Shown here: positions 1-27,173 of the stretch, piece after piece | Numbering within the stretch: the first letter of the stretch is position 1 | Layout of the letters: each line of letters begins with the position of its first letter | Assembly: GCF_009914755.1 (NCBI RefSeq) | Contig: NC_060933.1 | Direction: 5' to 3' (one strand) | DNA from: the human T2T-CHM13v2.0 reference genome, Homo sapiens | Length of the DNA: 64,000 nucleotides | The notes under the pieces: model-generated | Told to the model about the DNA's origin: nothing | The model's database searches: none | Seen by the model: the letters and a program-made list of their open reading frames with translations, nothing else | Made by a program: the position numbers and the translations under genes

Positions 1-1814
<1,814 letters not shown>

Positions 1815-1916
1815 GTTTATCCTTTTTCCCTCTGGGCTCCATGCAGGTCCCTTTCCTTCTCCACTTTTGTTCCCAGCAATTTACGGTTTCCTTGATTATC
1901 ATTTCTCTGATAACTA

Positions 1917-2748
<832 letters not shown>

Positions 2749-2829
2749 TGATCTGGCCGTCTCAGCCTCTCAAAGTGCTGGGATTACAGGCATGAGCCAC
2801 TGTGCCCAGCTTTGGTTAAGGTTTGAAGG

Positions 2830-3836
<1,007 letters not shown>

Positions 3837-3902
3837 AAGGAAGTGCCTTCATTTCATCATCAACATTCTTAAAATTTTTTTCCTTTTTTTTTTTTTTTTT
3901 GA

Positions 3903-4007
<105 letters not shown>

Positions 4008-4301
4008 TGAGTAGCTGGGATTACAGGTGTGCACCACCATACCCGGCTAATTTTTGTATTTTTAGTAGAGATGAGGTTTCACCATGTTGGTCAGGCTGGT
4101 CTCGAACACCTGACCTTGTGATCCACCTGCCTTGGCCTCCCAAATTGCTGGGATTACAGGGGTGAGCCACCGTGCCTGGCCATGAACATCTTTTCATATG
4201 TTTAAGAGTCATTTGTTTTTACTGTCTGTTCATATCTTTTCCCTATTGTTATTCTGGTTGTTCTGGTTGTTAGCATTTTGTTTTGTTTTGTTTTGTTTTG
4301 A

Positions 4302-4490
<189 letters not shown>

Positions 4491-4516
4491 TAGCCAGGAT
4501 GGTCTTGATCTCCTGA

Positions 4517-4789
<273 letters not shown>

Positions 4790-5050
4790 TAGCTAGGATG
4801 GTCTCGATCTCCTGACCTCGTGATCCACCCGCCTCGGCCTCCCAAAGTGCTGGGGTTATAGGCGTGAGCCACCATGCCCGCCTTAGTTTTTTTATTGATT
4901 TAGTTTTCCTTATTGATTTGGAGAAATTATGTATTAAATAAGCTGGCCCCTTGTCCGTACATAAGTGATAAATATTTCCCACATTTTTTATTTGCTTTTG
5001 AATTTATTTGTGTTTTGATCATGTTGATGTTTTAATATTTTTATATAATT

Positions 5051-5560
5051 GTGATGGTTAATTTTAGGTGTTGCCTCTACTGGATTGAGGAATACCTAGA
5101 GAACTAGTAAAGCATTGTTTCTGGATGTGTCTGTGAGGATGTTTCCTCACAGTCAGTGGACTGAGAAGGGAAGATTCACTCTCAGTGTGAATGGGCACCA
5201 TCCAATTGTCTAGGGGCCCAGTAGAACAAAAAAAGAGAGGAAAGGATTTCCTCTTCCTCCTTCCTCACTCCCCTCATCCCCAGAGCTGGGATATTCTCCT
5301 CCTCTTGCTCTTGGACATCAGAATTCCAGGCTTTCCAGACTTGGGACTCCAGGGCTTACAATCACCCTCCTGCAGGGTTATCAAGCCTGCAGCCTCAGAG
5401 TGAGAACTGTACCATCAGCTCCACTGGTTCTGAGGCTTTTGAACTTGGACTGAACCACAATACTGGCATACTAAGATCTCCAGATTGCAGATGCCCTCTT
5501 GTGTCTCCCATAATTACCAGAGCCAATTCTCCTTATTAATCCTCACTCTTATATTTATAT
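5051..5560 (+). mobile_element. MLT2-type (ERVL) LTR
   Basis: Starts TGTGATGGTTAATTTTAGGTGT...GGATTGAGGAATACCTAGA...TAAAGCATTGTTTCTGGATGTGTCTGTGAGG...GGGCACCATCCAAT, typical of MLT2 5' ends. 3' boundary approximate. Confidence 0.75.
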
Positions 5561-5764
5561 CTCTTTGGTATTTTTTTTTTTTTTTGAGATGGAGTCTCAC
5601 CCTGTCACCCAGGCTGGAGTGCAGTGACAGGATCTTGGCTCACTGCATCTTCCGCCTCCCGGGTTCAAGCTATTTTCCTGACCTCGTGATCCGCCTGCCT
5701 CGGCCTCCCAAAGTGGTGAGATTACAGGCACGAGCCACCGCGCCCGGCCGATATTGTTCTATAG

Positions 5765-5965
<201 letters not shown>

Positions 5966-6434
5966 TGAGTAGTTGGGACTACAGGTGTGAGCCACCACAC
6001 TGGACTGATTTTTATATTTTTTGTAGAGATGGGATTTCACCATGCTGCCCAGGCTGGTCTCAAACTCCTGGGCTCAAGCAATCTGCCTGCTTCGGCCCCT
6101 CAAAGTGCTGGGATTACAGGCGTGAGCCACCACACCCAGCCTGTGTTATTTTTTACTACTGCATATGAATCTGCAATTATCTCAATAAAATTTTCAATTA
6201 AAAATGCAGGCAATACAGTAGTTTAGAAAGTAAATACTAACAGTCTTCTCTCTCTGTGCCTACTCTAGAGAATTTCATTCCCTAGAGAGAATGTTAACAC
6301 TATAATATATATTTTTCCAGACTTCTTTCTATACTTCCACATTTTTCTAAACAAAAGTGGGGCTGTGCTATTTATGTATCTCAGTAGCTTATTTCATTCA
6401 CATAAAAAAAAACCAGACATCTTTCCATAGCATT

Positions 6435-6530
6435 TAGGGTTGCCAGATACAGCAAATAAAAATACAGCATGCCTATTTAAATTTGAAATGGCTGATCTTT
6501 TAGCATAGGTATGTCCCTAATATGTTGCTA
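6435..6530. mobile_element. MER53-like hAT DNA transposon fragment
   Basis: TAGGGTTGCCAGAT...GCAAATAAAAATACAG...TAAATTTGAA...GTATGTCCC resembles the MER53 terminus. Confidence 0.5.
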
Positions 6531-6927
6531 TTTTATTTAGTAATACTAATGGGAGTAGGCTTACTTAATTCTTTTGATAAATAATTGCATAATATTCCTC
6601 TGTATAACATTTTGCCTTTGCCTAATAATGAGGGTGCTCTTTACATCACAGTGTTCATCGTCATTCTCATTAATACAGAGAGTCTCTTATATTTCTTTTT
6701 TTTCTTTTTTGAGATGGAGTCTCACTCTGTCACCCCAGCTGGAGTGCAGTGGTGCGATCACAGCTCATGGCAACCTCTGCCTCCCGGGTTCAAGCAGTTC
6801 TCCCTCGGCCTCCTGAGTAGCTAGGATTACAGGCGTGCACCACCATGCCTGGCTAATTTTTATATTTTTAGTAGAGACAGGGTTTCACCATGTTGGCCAG
6901 GCTGGTCTTTAACTCCTGACCTCATGA

Positions 6928-7392
<465 letters not shown>

Positions 7393-7847
7393 TAGCTGGG
7401 ATGACAAGCGTGTGCCACCATGCCTGGCTAATTTTTTGTATTTTAGTAGAGAAAGTGTTTCACCATATTGCCCAGGCTGGTCTTGAACTCCTGAGCTCAG
7501 GCAGTCCACCCGCCTTCGCCTCCCAAAGTGCTAGGATTACAGGCGTGAGCCACCACACCTGGCCGGTACCTTAAACTTTAATTATTCTAACTCCTATATT
7601 TAATTCAGCGAACACTAAGAACTGCAGTGGAAAAAGCCTTGGCTTTGGATCCCTGGCTCTGCTTCTTACTAGATACCTAACCATCTTTTATTTTTATTTA
7701 TTTTTTACTTTAATTTAGAGATGGGGGGCTGGGCACAGTGGCTCATGCCTGCGATCCCAGCACTTTGGGAGGCCGAGGTGGGAGGATCACCTGAGGATGG
7801 GAGTTCGAGACCAGCCTGACCAACATGGAGAAACCCCGTCTCTACTA

Positions 7848-8006
<159 letters not shown>

Positions 8007-8362
8007 TCAAAAAAGAAAAAAAAAAAATTAGAGGTGGGGTCTTGCTCTGTCTGTCACCTGGGCTATGGTGCAGTGGCATGATCTTAGCTCACTGCAGCCT
8101 TGAACTCCTGGGCTCAAGTAATGCTTCCACCTCAGTCTCCTGAATAGCTGGGACCACAGGTGTACACCACCATACCTGGCTAATACCTCATGTCCTTCGG
8201 CCTTAGTTTCCTCATCTGTAAAATGGGAATAGAAATAATTATTTTACAGGATTAGAAATAATGTATTTACAACCCTGTAATCTAGTGTCTAGCAGAGAAG
8301 GAAACTTAAGAAATAAATCATTGTTTATTATAGTAATGTTAAGATTCTGTGGTGGGTACTAA

Positions 8363-8843
<481 letters not shown>

Positions 8844-9089
8844 TAGCTAGGACTACAGGCACCCACTACCACGCCCGGCTAATTTTTTGTATTTTTAGTA
8901 GAGACGGGGTTTCACCGTGTTAGCCAGGATGGTCTTGATCTCCTGACCTCGTGATCAGCCCATCTCGGCCTCCCAAAGTGCTGGGATTACAGGGGATTAC
9001 AGGCGTGAACCATCTCGCCCAGTCTTGATTTTTTTTTTTTCTTTTTTTGAGACAGAGTTTTGCTCTGTCACCAGGCTAGAGTGCAGTGA

Positions 9090-9248
<159 letters not shown>

Positions 9249-10516
9249 TGAACTCCTGACCTCTGGTGATCCACCCACCTCGGCCTCCCAAAGTGTTGAG
9301 ATTAACAGGCGTGAGCCACCACTCCCAGCCCGGACTTTCTCTTATATAACCACCTAACAACAGTTCAGTTATCATAATTACAAAATTTAACAAATTCCTG
9401 AAGTAGTTTCTGAATTCAAATCCCTAAAGTATTTGTAATAGCTTTTTAAAACTATTTCCTTTTCTAGCAGGACTGTGACCAAAACCCTAATTTTCTATGG
9501 CTTCCCACTTGCCCTTGGATTGGATGTAAAATCTGTGCATGGCTTGTTGCCCGAGGCTGGCTAACCTGCAGGCCCACAGAAGGCAAAGGGCTTTGCACTG
9601 AGAGGCGCCTTCAGAGACTGGACGCCAGCCTTTTTCTCCCGTTCCACTGATGACTCAGCCACACATGGCACTGAGACTCGTGGCATTCACTCTGCCAACA
9701 GAGAAGCACAGCTCTCACCCTGCTTTGGCAGGCCTGGCACACTCCTATGGTGGCCCAGCGTCTGCTCTGGCTTTCTCTGAAATGTAAATCCATTCTTTTC
9801 CTGGTCAGCACACCTCCCAGCTCTAGCCTGGCACACAAGGCTCTCTCACTGGGTCCCCTGCTTACCAGCTCTTCCTCTCCTGCCTTTTTCCATCCTGTGC
9901 TCCACCCAACTGGCCTTTCTCCACGGTGACTTGTGTTTTCTCGCCCCCTGCTTCTGCACACATATTTTCCCCTGCCTGGGGAATGCTCTTCTTCCCCCGT
10001 TGGATTTTTCTATTATTTTCAAGGCCTGGCTCCAGTAGAAAATATTTCAATCACTTCCCTCTGAGCTGGAAACAAGATAGCTACCTGCACTTGTATTTAG
10101 CACTTCTATGGGGTCCTTCATTAGTGTTAGCCAACTGTAGTATGGGCCTGTCTATGGGTCTGGTTCCTCTGTCTGTGAGCTCCCTTGGGCAGAAACCATG
10201 TCTCATTTCTTCATTTCTCTGGTATTGCCCTGAACAGGGCCTGGCACAGGGTAGACATGGGTGACTGATGAAAGAATGAATAGCACAAATTACCCTGTGA
10301 GAGAGGGGCAGGCTTTTGAGTATAGAGATGATGCATGGATGTAGCACATAAATCATTTAAAAGACTGTTGTGGGTTTTATTATTGCTGCTAATGGTGTTA
10401 TTCTTGGTAGAGATGTTACATTCGGCCAGGTGCTGTGGCACACTGTAATCCCAGCACTTTGGGAGGCCGAGGTGGGTGGATCACCTGAGGTCAGGAGTTC
10501 AAAACAAGCCTCGCTA

Positions 10517-10750
<234 letters not shown>

Positions 10751-11111
10751 TTACATCCCGGCCAGGCATGGTGGCTCATGCCTGTAATCCCAGCACTTTG
10801 GGAGGCTGAGATGGGCAGATCACGAGGTCAGAAGTTCTAGACCAGCCTGGCCAATATGGTGAAACCCTATCCCTACTAAAAATACAAAAATTAGCCGCAT
10901 GGTGGCGCACGCCTTTAGTCCCACCTACTTGGGAGGCTGAGGCAGAAGAATCACTTGAACTGGGGAGGCGGACGTTGCAGTGAGCCCACAGCACTCCAGC
11001 CTGGGTGACAGAGCAAGACTCCATCTCGAAAAAAGGAAAAAAAAAAAAAAAGGATGTTACATCCCAAATGGCCTGACCTACCCAGTCAGGCCATTTTTTT
11101 TTTTCTTTTGA

Positions 11112-11270
<159 letters not shown>

Positions 11271-11389
11271 TAGTAGAGATGGGGTTTCACCGTGTTGGTC
11301 AGGCTGGTCTTGACGCCTAACCTCGTGATCCGCCCACCTCTGTCTCCCAAAGTGCTGGGATTACAGGCGTGAGCCTGCACAGCGGACCA

Positions 11390-15303
<3,914 letters not shown>

Positions 15304-15369
15304 TCAATTTTAGGAAGAGAACGTAAGAAAGTTGGGTTCTGTGGAGACTTGGCATATCCACGCCACCTG

Positions 15370-15930
15370 GAAAATCATCACGTGCCCTCCGGGGCAAGAC
15401 CAAGGCCTCAAGTCACCCCTCGCAGCCCAGTGGACCTCCCGGCCATCCCTTTCACGGCTCCACAGCGACCGCGAGCCGTTGCCCCGGTGAGAACCCCCCG
15501 GCACTGTGCGCGCCCCCGCCTGCCGTGCGCGTCCGCTTCCCTGGGATCCGGCGCCGCGCGCGCCCCCGCCGCGTCCCCGCCCCTTCCGGCCCGGGAGATT
15601 TGATTCCCTTGGCGGGCGGAAGCGGCCACAACCCGGCGATCGAAAAGATTCTTAGGAACGCCGTACCAGCCGCGTCTCTCAGGACAGCAGGCCCCTGTCC
15701 TTCTGTCGGGCGCCGCTCAGCCGTGCCCTCCGCCCCTCAGGTCAGTTCTCCCGCCTGCCCGCCGCAGTCGCAGTTGATGGCTGGGGTCTGGGCTGTGCGG
15801 GGCGCAGCGGCCCAAACCCAGTTTGCTCCTGGCTCTCGGGAGACTGGAGGATTTCATCGGAGCCCCGCGCTTTACCAGCCCTGTTCCCTGGATAAGATAT
15901 TTGACCTTTCCGACCCGCGGTTTTCTTCTC
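15370..15930 (+). promoter_or_regulatory. MELK: CpG-island, TATA-less promoter of MELK
   Basis: Sharp rise in GC and CpG density. GC box CCCCGCCCC 15575-15583; ETS-type CTTCCGG 15583-15589 and GCGGAAG 15616-15622; E2F-type TTGGCGGG 15609-15616; E-box CACGTG 15379-15384; second E2F-type CCGCGAAA 16063-16070. Confidence 0.9.
15595..15740 (+). other. MELK: MELK non-coding exon 1 (5' UTR); start approximate
   Basis: Inside the CpG island, no ATG, ends at donor CAG|GTCAGT (15740/15741). The exact TSS cannot be read from sequence. Confidence 0.8.
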
Positions 15931-16137
15931 CGTAAGTGGGGATAATGACCGTGTCTACTTAACAGGGTTATTGAAGAGGTGTTCAGGCTAAGCGTTTGCC
16001 ACCTAGGAGGCTGCGATAGACGTGAATTCCCATTTCCCGTTTCCAGTTTCCGTGACTCTTCCCCGCGAAAAAAGTTGACAGAAGGGTTTCGAGTTTTTTC
16101 TGTTTGTACAACTCAGTTTACTGGGGCAGTGCAATAA

Positions 16138-16684
<547 letters not shown>

Positions 16685-16998
16685 TAGGACGGGTAATTAC
16701 CTTTGGTATTTCTCCTTTGTTAGTGGAATGAGGTGAGTATCAGGAGCCTGGATTGTTGTTTAGAGGCCAGTGTTCCTAACTTTGGTTTAAATTTTGGTTT
16801 CTGTTTCCCATGGAGTCTGGCTAGAAAATCAGAAAAATCAGAAAAGCCCTTACTGGGCCTTCGTGGGCTTGTTTCTCCCAAGGGTCTGTCCTTTCTGTGT
16901 AACTACTGTGGACCAACTAGATGGGCAGATCAATCCCAATGAGTGCCTCATTGTTGGTGCTCCCAGAAGCCTTTGCAAGGGAGCAGGGCAGGATGCTA

Positions 16999-17289
<291 letters not shown>

Positions 17290-17706
17290 CTAGCTACTGC
17301 ACTCCAGCCTAGGTGACAGAACGAGACCCTGTCTCAAGCAAATAAACAGACAAAACCCAAAAAACCATTCTGTATTCTACTTCCTGTTTGAAATTATCCT
17401 CAGCATCAGTGTCTTTCCAAGCTCTGTAGATAAGGTAAATGTATTTATGCGGCAAGTAATAGAATAGCCCAAATAATATTGTTAAAAAATGCCCCCAATT
17501 TGTTGCTATCCTTTAAAATTTAACCATAAACGTCTTCTCATTATCCCAATTCCTTGCTCTTCTGAGAAGTTAAAGACCCCAATTATAGGCCGGGCGCGGT
17601 GGCTCACGCCTGTAATCCCAGCACTTTGGGAGGCCGAGGCAGATGGATTGTGAGGTCAGGAGTTCAAGACCAGCCTGGCCAAGATGGTGAAACCCCATCT
17701 TTACTA

Positions 17707-17892
<186 letters not shown>

Positions 17893-19283
17893 TTATATAT
17901 ACCCCCAATTCTTCTATTTATTTAGTCAAGCCCAGAAGGGCACTCAGGTGTCTGATTGGGGTCTAATTTCCTTCTTCATTATTCACAGTTGAGAGGCTGT
18001 CTTCCGCGTTGACTGATAATATACCTCCTTCAGCAGCTACAAAGTTGGGTTACTCTGTTCTCAAGGCTTTTCTGTATTCTATATTAACAAACTCTAGAGG
18101 ATAAACAGGGCACATGAGAATATTTAGAACCAGCTCCACATTCACAAAGATTTACAAATCAAGTATAATCTGCTATTAGTGTAGGAGTTTGTAATGTAAG
18201 CACCAGTTTTCTCACATTGCAGCAACAACGATATTCCCTTGATTCAGTAGCTATAATCTAGGCCCACATTGGTATTACTCATCCAAAGACATGATGTAAT
18301 TTGAGAGAAGCGGGTAGATAGAGAAAATGGAAGAAAGAAAGAAAAAAAAAAGTGCATGGCTTCAGTCTTACCTTAGTTGTTAAATAAACAACTTGCCCAT
18401 CTCTGCTAGTTTTCCAGAGGCCATGACTGGGATGTTTATAACTCTTTTGGGAGAAGTCTATTAAGTTAATTATGACACTCTTAAATCCCTAATCTGGGAA
18501 GTGAATTCCAGCATCTTACAAATTGCTTTCTCTTTCTGAGTGACAATTTGAAATAGCCCAGTCCTTTGCATGGAATGTAAACATGTGCATTCAGATTTAT
18601 AGTCCAGTGTTCCTCCATTTCCATTCTCCTGCTCTCTTTTTTCTTCTGTATCAGGATTCCAAAGATTTCTGAGCCTTAGGTTGACCTCTATACTTTTACT
18701 GTTTTTATTGCCTTTTGGAATTTCTTAGTCCTATGGTTCCTGTTTGTTTTTAGGATGAGGTTCCAGTTTATCCCCACATTTGCCCCACTGACAAATGCCC
18801 TTTAAAATATTTCTGAATTAGTGTTGCTGTTTAAAGTATTTAATCCTGTGCCTTCAGGTGCCCAGTGAGAATAAATTTGTCCTCTGTGATATCTCCTTGC
18901 CTTGAGTAACTTTTTCTACTCCAGTGGAAGCAGAATGTTTCATTTTCTATCAACAGTTTTCCCTCAGTACTGGGACCTGACCTTGCTTCTTCTAATGTTT
19001 GCCTACTGTGTTCATGCAGATTTCGTTAGGTTAAATGTTCAACCTACTTATTAAGTTGGGTCCAGTGTGATCTCTTCCTAGGAAATGGCTTAATATTGTT
19101 TATTTTATCAGAATGTCGTTTTGCATGTTATCTTTTTGTGTGCTATTTCTGCTTTGATGTTGAAGACTGAACCTTGTTTTTTAAAGCTGATTTAATTTTT
19201 TTCTTGAGTGTCGATATTTTTCCTTCTAAAGCTTCTGCTCTAGTTTTCTATTCATTGACCAAATTTTTTTTGTTTGTTTTTGA

Positions 19284-19577
<294 letters not shown>

Positions 19578-19866
19578 TGATAATAATTTTCTTTTTCTCT
19601 CCAAGTAAAATGATTCATGGAATCAGTGTTTCAGGCATAGAAAAATGATATTTTTAAAATGTCCTTTGTGGCTTTTGGGGTTTTGATAAGTTCATTCAGA
19701 ATTTTTTCCACCTCAATTTTAAGAAGACTACTCATCATTGTATGAAGGGCCTTCTCTTATTAAGCTCTGTCTTCCTTTATAAGCTCACCACACTTCTGAG
19801 GTTGAACTCACACTCTAGGTCTTCCAAATTCATGGCCATTATTAAGGCTTAGTAACATGCTAGTCA

Positions 19867-20604
<738 letters not shown>

Positions 20605-21511
20605 TGAACTCCCGACCTCAGGTGATCCGCCTGCCTCAGCCTCCCAAAGTGCCGGGATTACAAGTGTGAGCCACTGCGCCTGGCTGTTTTTTATTTTTAG
20701 TAGAGACAAGGTCTTGCTATATTGTCCTGGCTTGTCTTGAACTCCAGGCCTCAAGCAATCCTCCTGCCTTGACCTCCCAAATTGCTGGGATTACAGACAT
20801 GAGCCACCATGCCCAGCTATCTTTACGCTTCTTCCTTTTGCCACTCCTAGCTGTAGGTTTGGTATGGGGAAGACCTTAGCTATCTATGTTTTCAACATTT
20901 CAAATATTTGTCTTTTGCTTTTAAGTCTTTACAACTGTTACTGATTTTGTATGGTGTGAGATAGAGATCCAATGTGTTTTTTTTTTTTCCTTCACCTCAT
21001 GGCTAATCAATTGTCCCAGCTCCAGAGCTGCATTTCCATCACCTGTTACCTCTAAAAGCAGCCTCAGTTCAGTACCTGTCAACTTTTACTTCCTCTAGGA
21101 TCTTTGCACCTAAATTCCCTCTTTCTGGAATATTCTCCGTCTATTTCTTTGTGGGCTATGACTGTTAAGGCCTACAGACCAAAGACCACATCTGTAGTAA
21201 AAATCATTAGATGTATTTAGTTTGCTGCGCAAGAGAAACCATACTCTTGAGAATTTTGGGTAGTCTCAGAGTGAGTTGAAAGGGGCAGAATGAGGGAAGA
21301 ATGAGGTGGGCCTGAGGATGTCATTGAAGACAATGAAGTCAGTCAAATAAAGGATCTTTATTTTAACAGCCTTGTATGGAAACATTGTTTATATGGTTAT
21401 GTTCAGATTCTATTGAAACCATTGTTCAAGTTTTGATAGGAATATCACAGTCTGATTACTGGCAGGGCTGATTTTCTCAATTCTCATCCTTTGAATTAGA
21501 GCTTGGCTTAA

Positions 21512-22076
<565 letters not shown>

Positions 22077-23066
22077 TAGTAGAGACCGGGTTTTACTATG
22101 TTGGCCAGGCTGGTCCCGAACTCCTGACCTCGTGATCCGCCCACCCTGGCCTCCCAAAGTGCTGGGATTATAGGCGTGAGCCTCTGCACCCGGCCTATAA
22201 ATTATAAGTATTAATTTGTTGTCTACTTATTTGCCTTTTGTCTTCTCCACTAGAATATACACTCCATGAGGGCAGAATCATATTTCTTCTCCATTATAGC
22301 CCTAGTGCCAAGGGCAGGTTTGGCATATCATAGGTGCTCAGTAAATATCTGTATGAATAAATGAATAAGAGCAAATTCAAGAGTTTTCTAGAACTGCATT
22401 AGCAGTTTTTCCAGACACACTGCTGATCTCTAAAAGTCAACCACGAGGTTATTTTCCACAAGTAAGATGGAGATGGTATGAGTGTGACTTTGTATATTAA
22501 TGTGCATAACAGGGCCCTACTTAGCTCTATGGTTTTTAAAAAATAAACTACTTAATTTTAAAACTCAGGGAGACAAAATCAATAAGATCTACCTAATTTT
22601 TTTTACAACTAATTTTTATTTATTATTTGATGTATAATTAACAGTATATGTAACCCACATAAGTTGTGAAGCATAATAATAAAATACATATCATATACAT
22701 AATAAAATTGTGTATGACTGGGGTCTTAGTTTGGGTTTTCCTGATGACTACTGATAATTTTTTCATGTCTTCTTTTTTTTTTTTTTTTATTTTGAGACAG
22801 AATCTCGCTCCGTTGCCCAGGCTGGAGTGCAGTGGCGTGATCTCGGCTCACTGCAACCTCTGCCTCCTGCCTCAGCCTCCCAAGTAGGTGGAACTACAGG
22901 CGCGTGCCACCACCCCTGGCTAATTTTTTATAGCTTTAGCAGAGACAGGGTTTTATGATGTTAGCCACAATGGTCTCCATTTCCTGACCTTGTGATCCAC
23001 CCGCCTCGGCCTCCCAAAGTGTGGGGGTTACAGGCGTGAGCCACCGCACCCGGCCTTTTTTTTTGA

Positions 23067-23282
<216 letters not shown>

Positions 23283-23364
23283 TGATCTACCCTCCTCAGC
23301 CTCCCAAAGTGCTGGGATTACAGGTGTGAGCCACCTTGCCCAGCTTCGTGTCTTTTTTTTTTAA

Positions 23365-23736
<372 letters not shown>

Positions 23737-24394
23737 TAAGCCACCATGCCCGGCTGAGAAAAGTTTTTTGTATCATTTGCTTATTTTGCTGTTGAGTTTT
23801 TCTTATTGTTTTGTCAGAGTTTATGTGTTTCCTGTGTACATCCACTATTATATTTGTTGCAAGTATCTTCTCACATTTATGGTTTTCTTTTTTTGATGGT
23901 GTCTTTGGTTGTATAGAAGTGCTTAGTTTTATTTTTATTTTTTTTATAGATGTGGTCTTGCTATGTTGCCCAGGCTGGCCTCGAACTCCTGGGCTCAAGC
24001 TGTCCTCCCAAGTGGCTGACAACACACGCACCACTGTGCCCAGCTGAAGTTCTTAATTTTAATGTTGTTTAATATATTAATTTTTTTCATTATTATTATT
24101 AGTACTTTATTTAAGTGATCCTCTCCTATCCTGAAATAATGACAATATTCTTTAAAAAGTTTTAAAGGTTTATGTTTCATACTTTTTAAGTCTATCTGGA
24201 ATTCATTTTTATGTATGGTGTGAGATAAGAATCCTTTTTTTCATATGGCCAATAATCAGTTTTTTCAGTATCATGTAAATGCATAAGACTTATTTAGATT
24301 TGCAGTTACAAGAATGGAGGAGATGATCCGGTATTATTTCCTTTATTGATTATGTACTCTCTGTCTTCTAGGTTCTTTTTCTAATTCCAAATAA

Positions 24395-24511
<117 letters not shown>

Positions 24512-24672
24512 TGAGAGTATAGATTATTTGGGTAGGTGTGAGCTTTTTCGTCTAACCCACACAGTTTTAAAATTCTTCTACCTACTTCAGTAAGAAAAAG
24601 TGGAGCAAGCAGAGAGGAGAATAGTAGGAGAAGCCCTGTAGGTTATTGCAAGGACTTTGACTTTTATTCTAA

Positions 24673-24901
<229 letters not shown>

Positions 24902-25680
24902 TAATCAGGATGGTCTCGATCTCCTGACCTCGTGATCCACCCGCCTCGGCCTCCCAAAGTGCTGGGATTACAGGCATGAGCCACCGCGCCCAGGCTTCTT
25001 TTATTTCTTGACTTTTATTCTAAATTAAAGTCATTGGAGAGTTTTGAGTTAAGGGGTAATTTGACCTTTGTTTTTACAGAGTTGCTGTGGCTGCTTGGTA
25101 GATAAAAGGTTGGATGAAGGAGGGCAAGAGCAGAGGCAGGGAGATGTTAGCAGACTATTGCGATAATTCAGGTGTTGATGCTAGAGATGATGGTGGTGTG
25201 GATGAGGGTGATGTAAAAGCAGTGAAAGGGGTGGGACATTTTACACACACATATGTACACACCTATGTGTGTATGTTTTTATTAAGGTATAACATATAGT
25301 AAAATATGCAAAGTGCAATAATCTCAGTGGAGTTTTACACATATATATGTATACACATACCCATATATTCCCTGTGCGGATCAAGACATAGACCGTTTCC
25401 AGGGAGTATCTGCCTGCTTTCCCCCAAGGTAGCCATTGATATATTTTGAGGACAGAGCTAATGGGATTTATTGATGGGTTGGAGTGCTAGAGAAAGAGAA
25501 GGGCTAAGGATGGTTCCAGGGTTTTTGGCCTGAGCACCAGGGAAAATGGAGTTGCCCTTTGTTGAAAGGAAGAAGACCATGGGAGAGACTACTAGGAAGT
25601 TCTTTTTGGAAATGTTAATTTGGGGATTTCTTTTAGCTGCCTGAGTGGAGACATTTGTCCAGCTTTTGGTTCAGTTTTGA

Positions 25681-25906
<226 letters not shown>

Positions 25907-26272
25907 TAGCCAGGATGGTCTCGATCTCCTGACCTTGTGATCCGCCCGCCTCGGTCTCCCAAAGTGCTGGGATTACAGGCGTGAGCCACCGCGCCCGGCC
26001 TCAAATATTTAAAACTGAGTGGAAGTTTCATATAATTTGTCTTTGGCCTCAGCAACTTTATATTGTGTTCTAGCAGTGTTAATTATAAAGGAAATTTAAT
26101 TGCAGGATTATTCATAAAGCAGATTTCTAAAGTGAGTTCTGTTTTTTTTTTATTACAAAGTTTGAGATACACTATCATGGTTAAAAAAAAAAAAACCTTC
26201 AGCTAGACATTGGATAACAAGCAGCAACAGGAAAAAAAAGCCACAAACTTCTAGGAAAATTTGGCTTGATAG

Positions 26273-26464
<192 letters not shown>

Positions 26465-26686
26465 TAGTCCACTTATAGATCAGTTTCGTGAATTAAAACC
26501 TGAATTGTTCTAATGTTCTAGTTACTGCTCTTAGAATAATATTTTTATACCTTTTAAAAAACGTATAGATCTGTGGTTTTAAAAAGTAATCTGGGGGAAG
26601 GGATTACTTTGTTCTTCAGATTTTAACGCAGTGCAGTGGGACATATTTGAAGTCTGTAGCATCCATCTGCAGTCTGTAGTCTGTAG

Positions 26687-26938
<252 letters not shown>

Positions 26939-27065
26939 TAGCCAGGATGGTCTCAATCTCCTGACCCCGTGATCTGCCCGCCTCGGCCTCCCAAAGTGCT
27001 GGGATTACAGTCGTGAGCCACCGCGCCCGGCCTCTTTTCTTTTCTTTACTTTTTTTTTTTTTTGA

Positions 27066-27173
<108 letters not shown>

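Noticed and set aside
15349-15935. ORFs of 73-136 aa across the promoter
   Set aside because: Expected in stop-poor GC-rich CpG islands; mostly non-ATG starts, the longest runs through the exon 1 donor, and none resembles a known protein.
16031-16051. TTTCCCGTTTCCAGTTTCC as an ISRE
   Set aside because: Three-nt spacing between TTTC units rather than the canonical two; too weak to claim.
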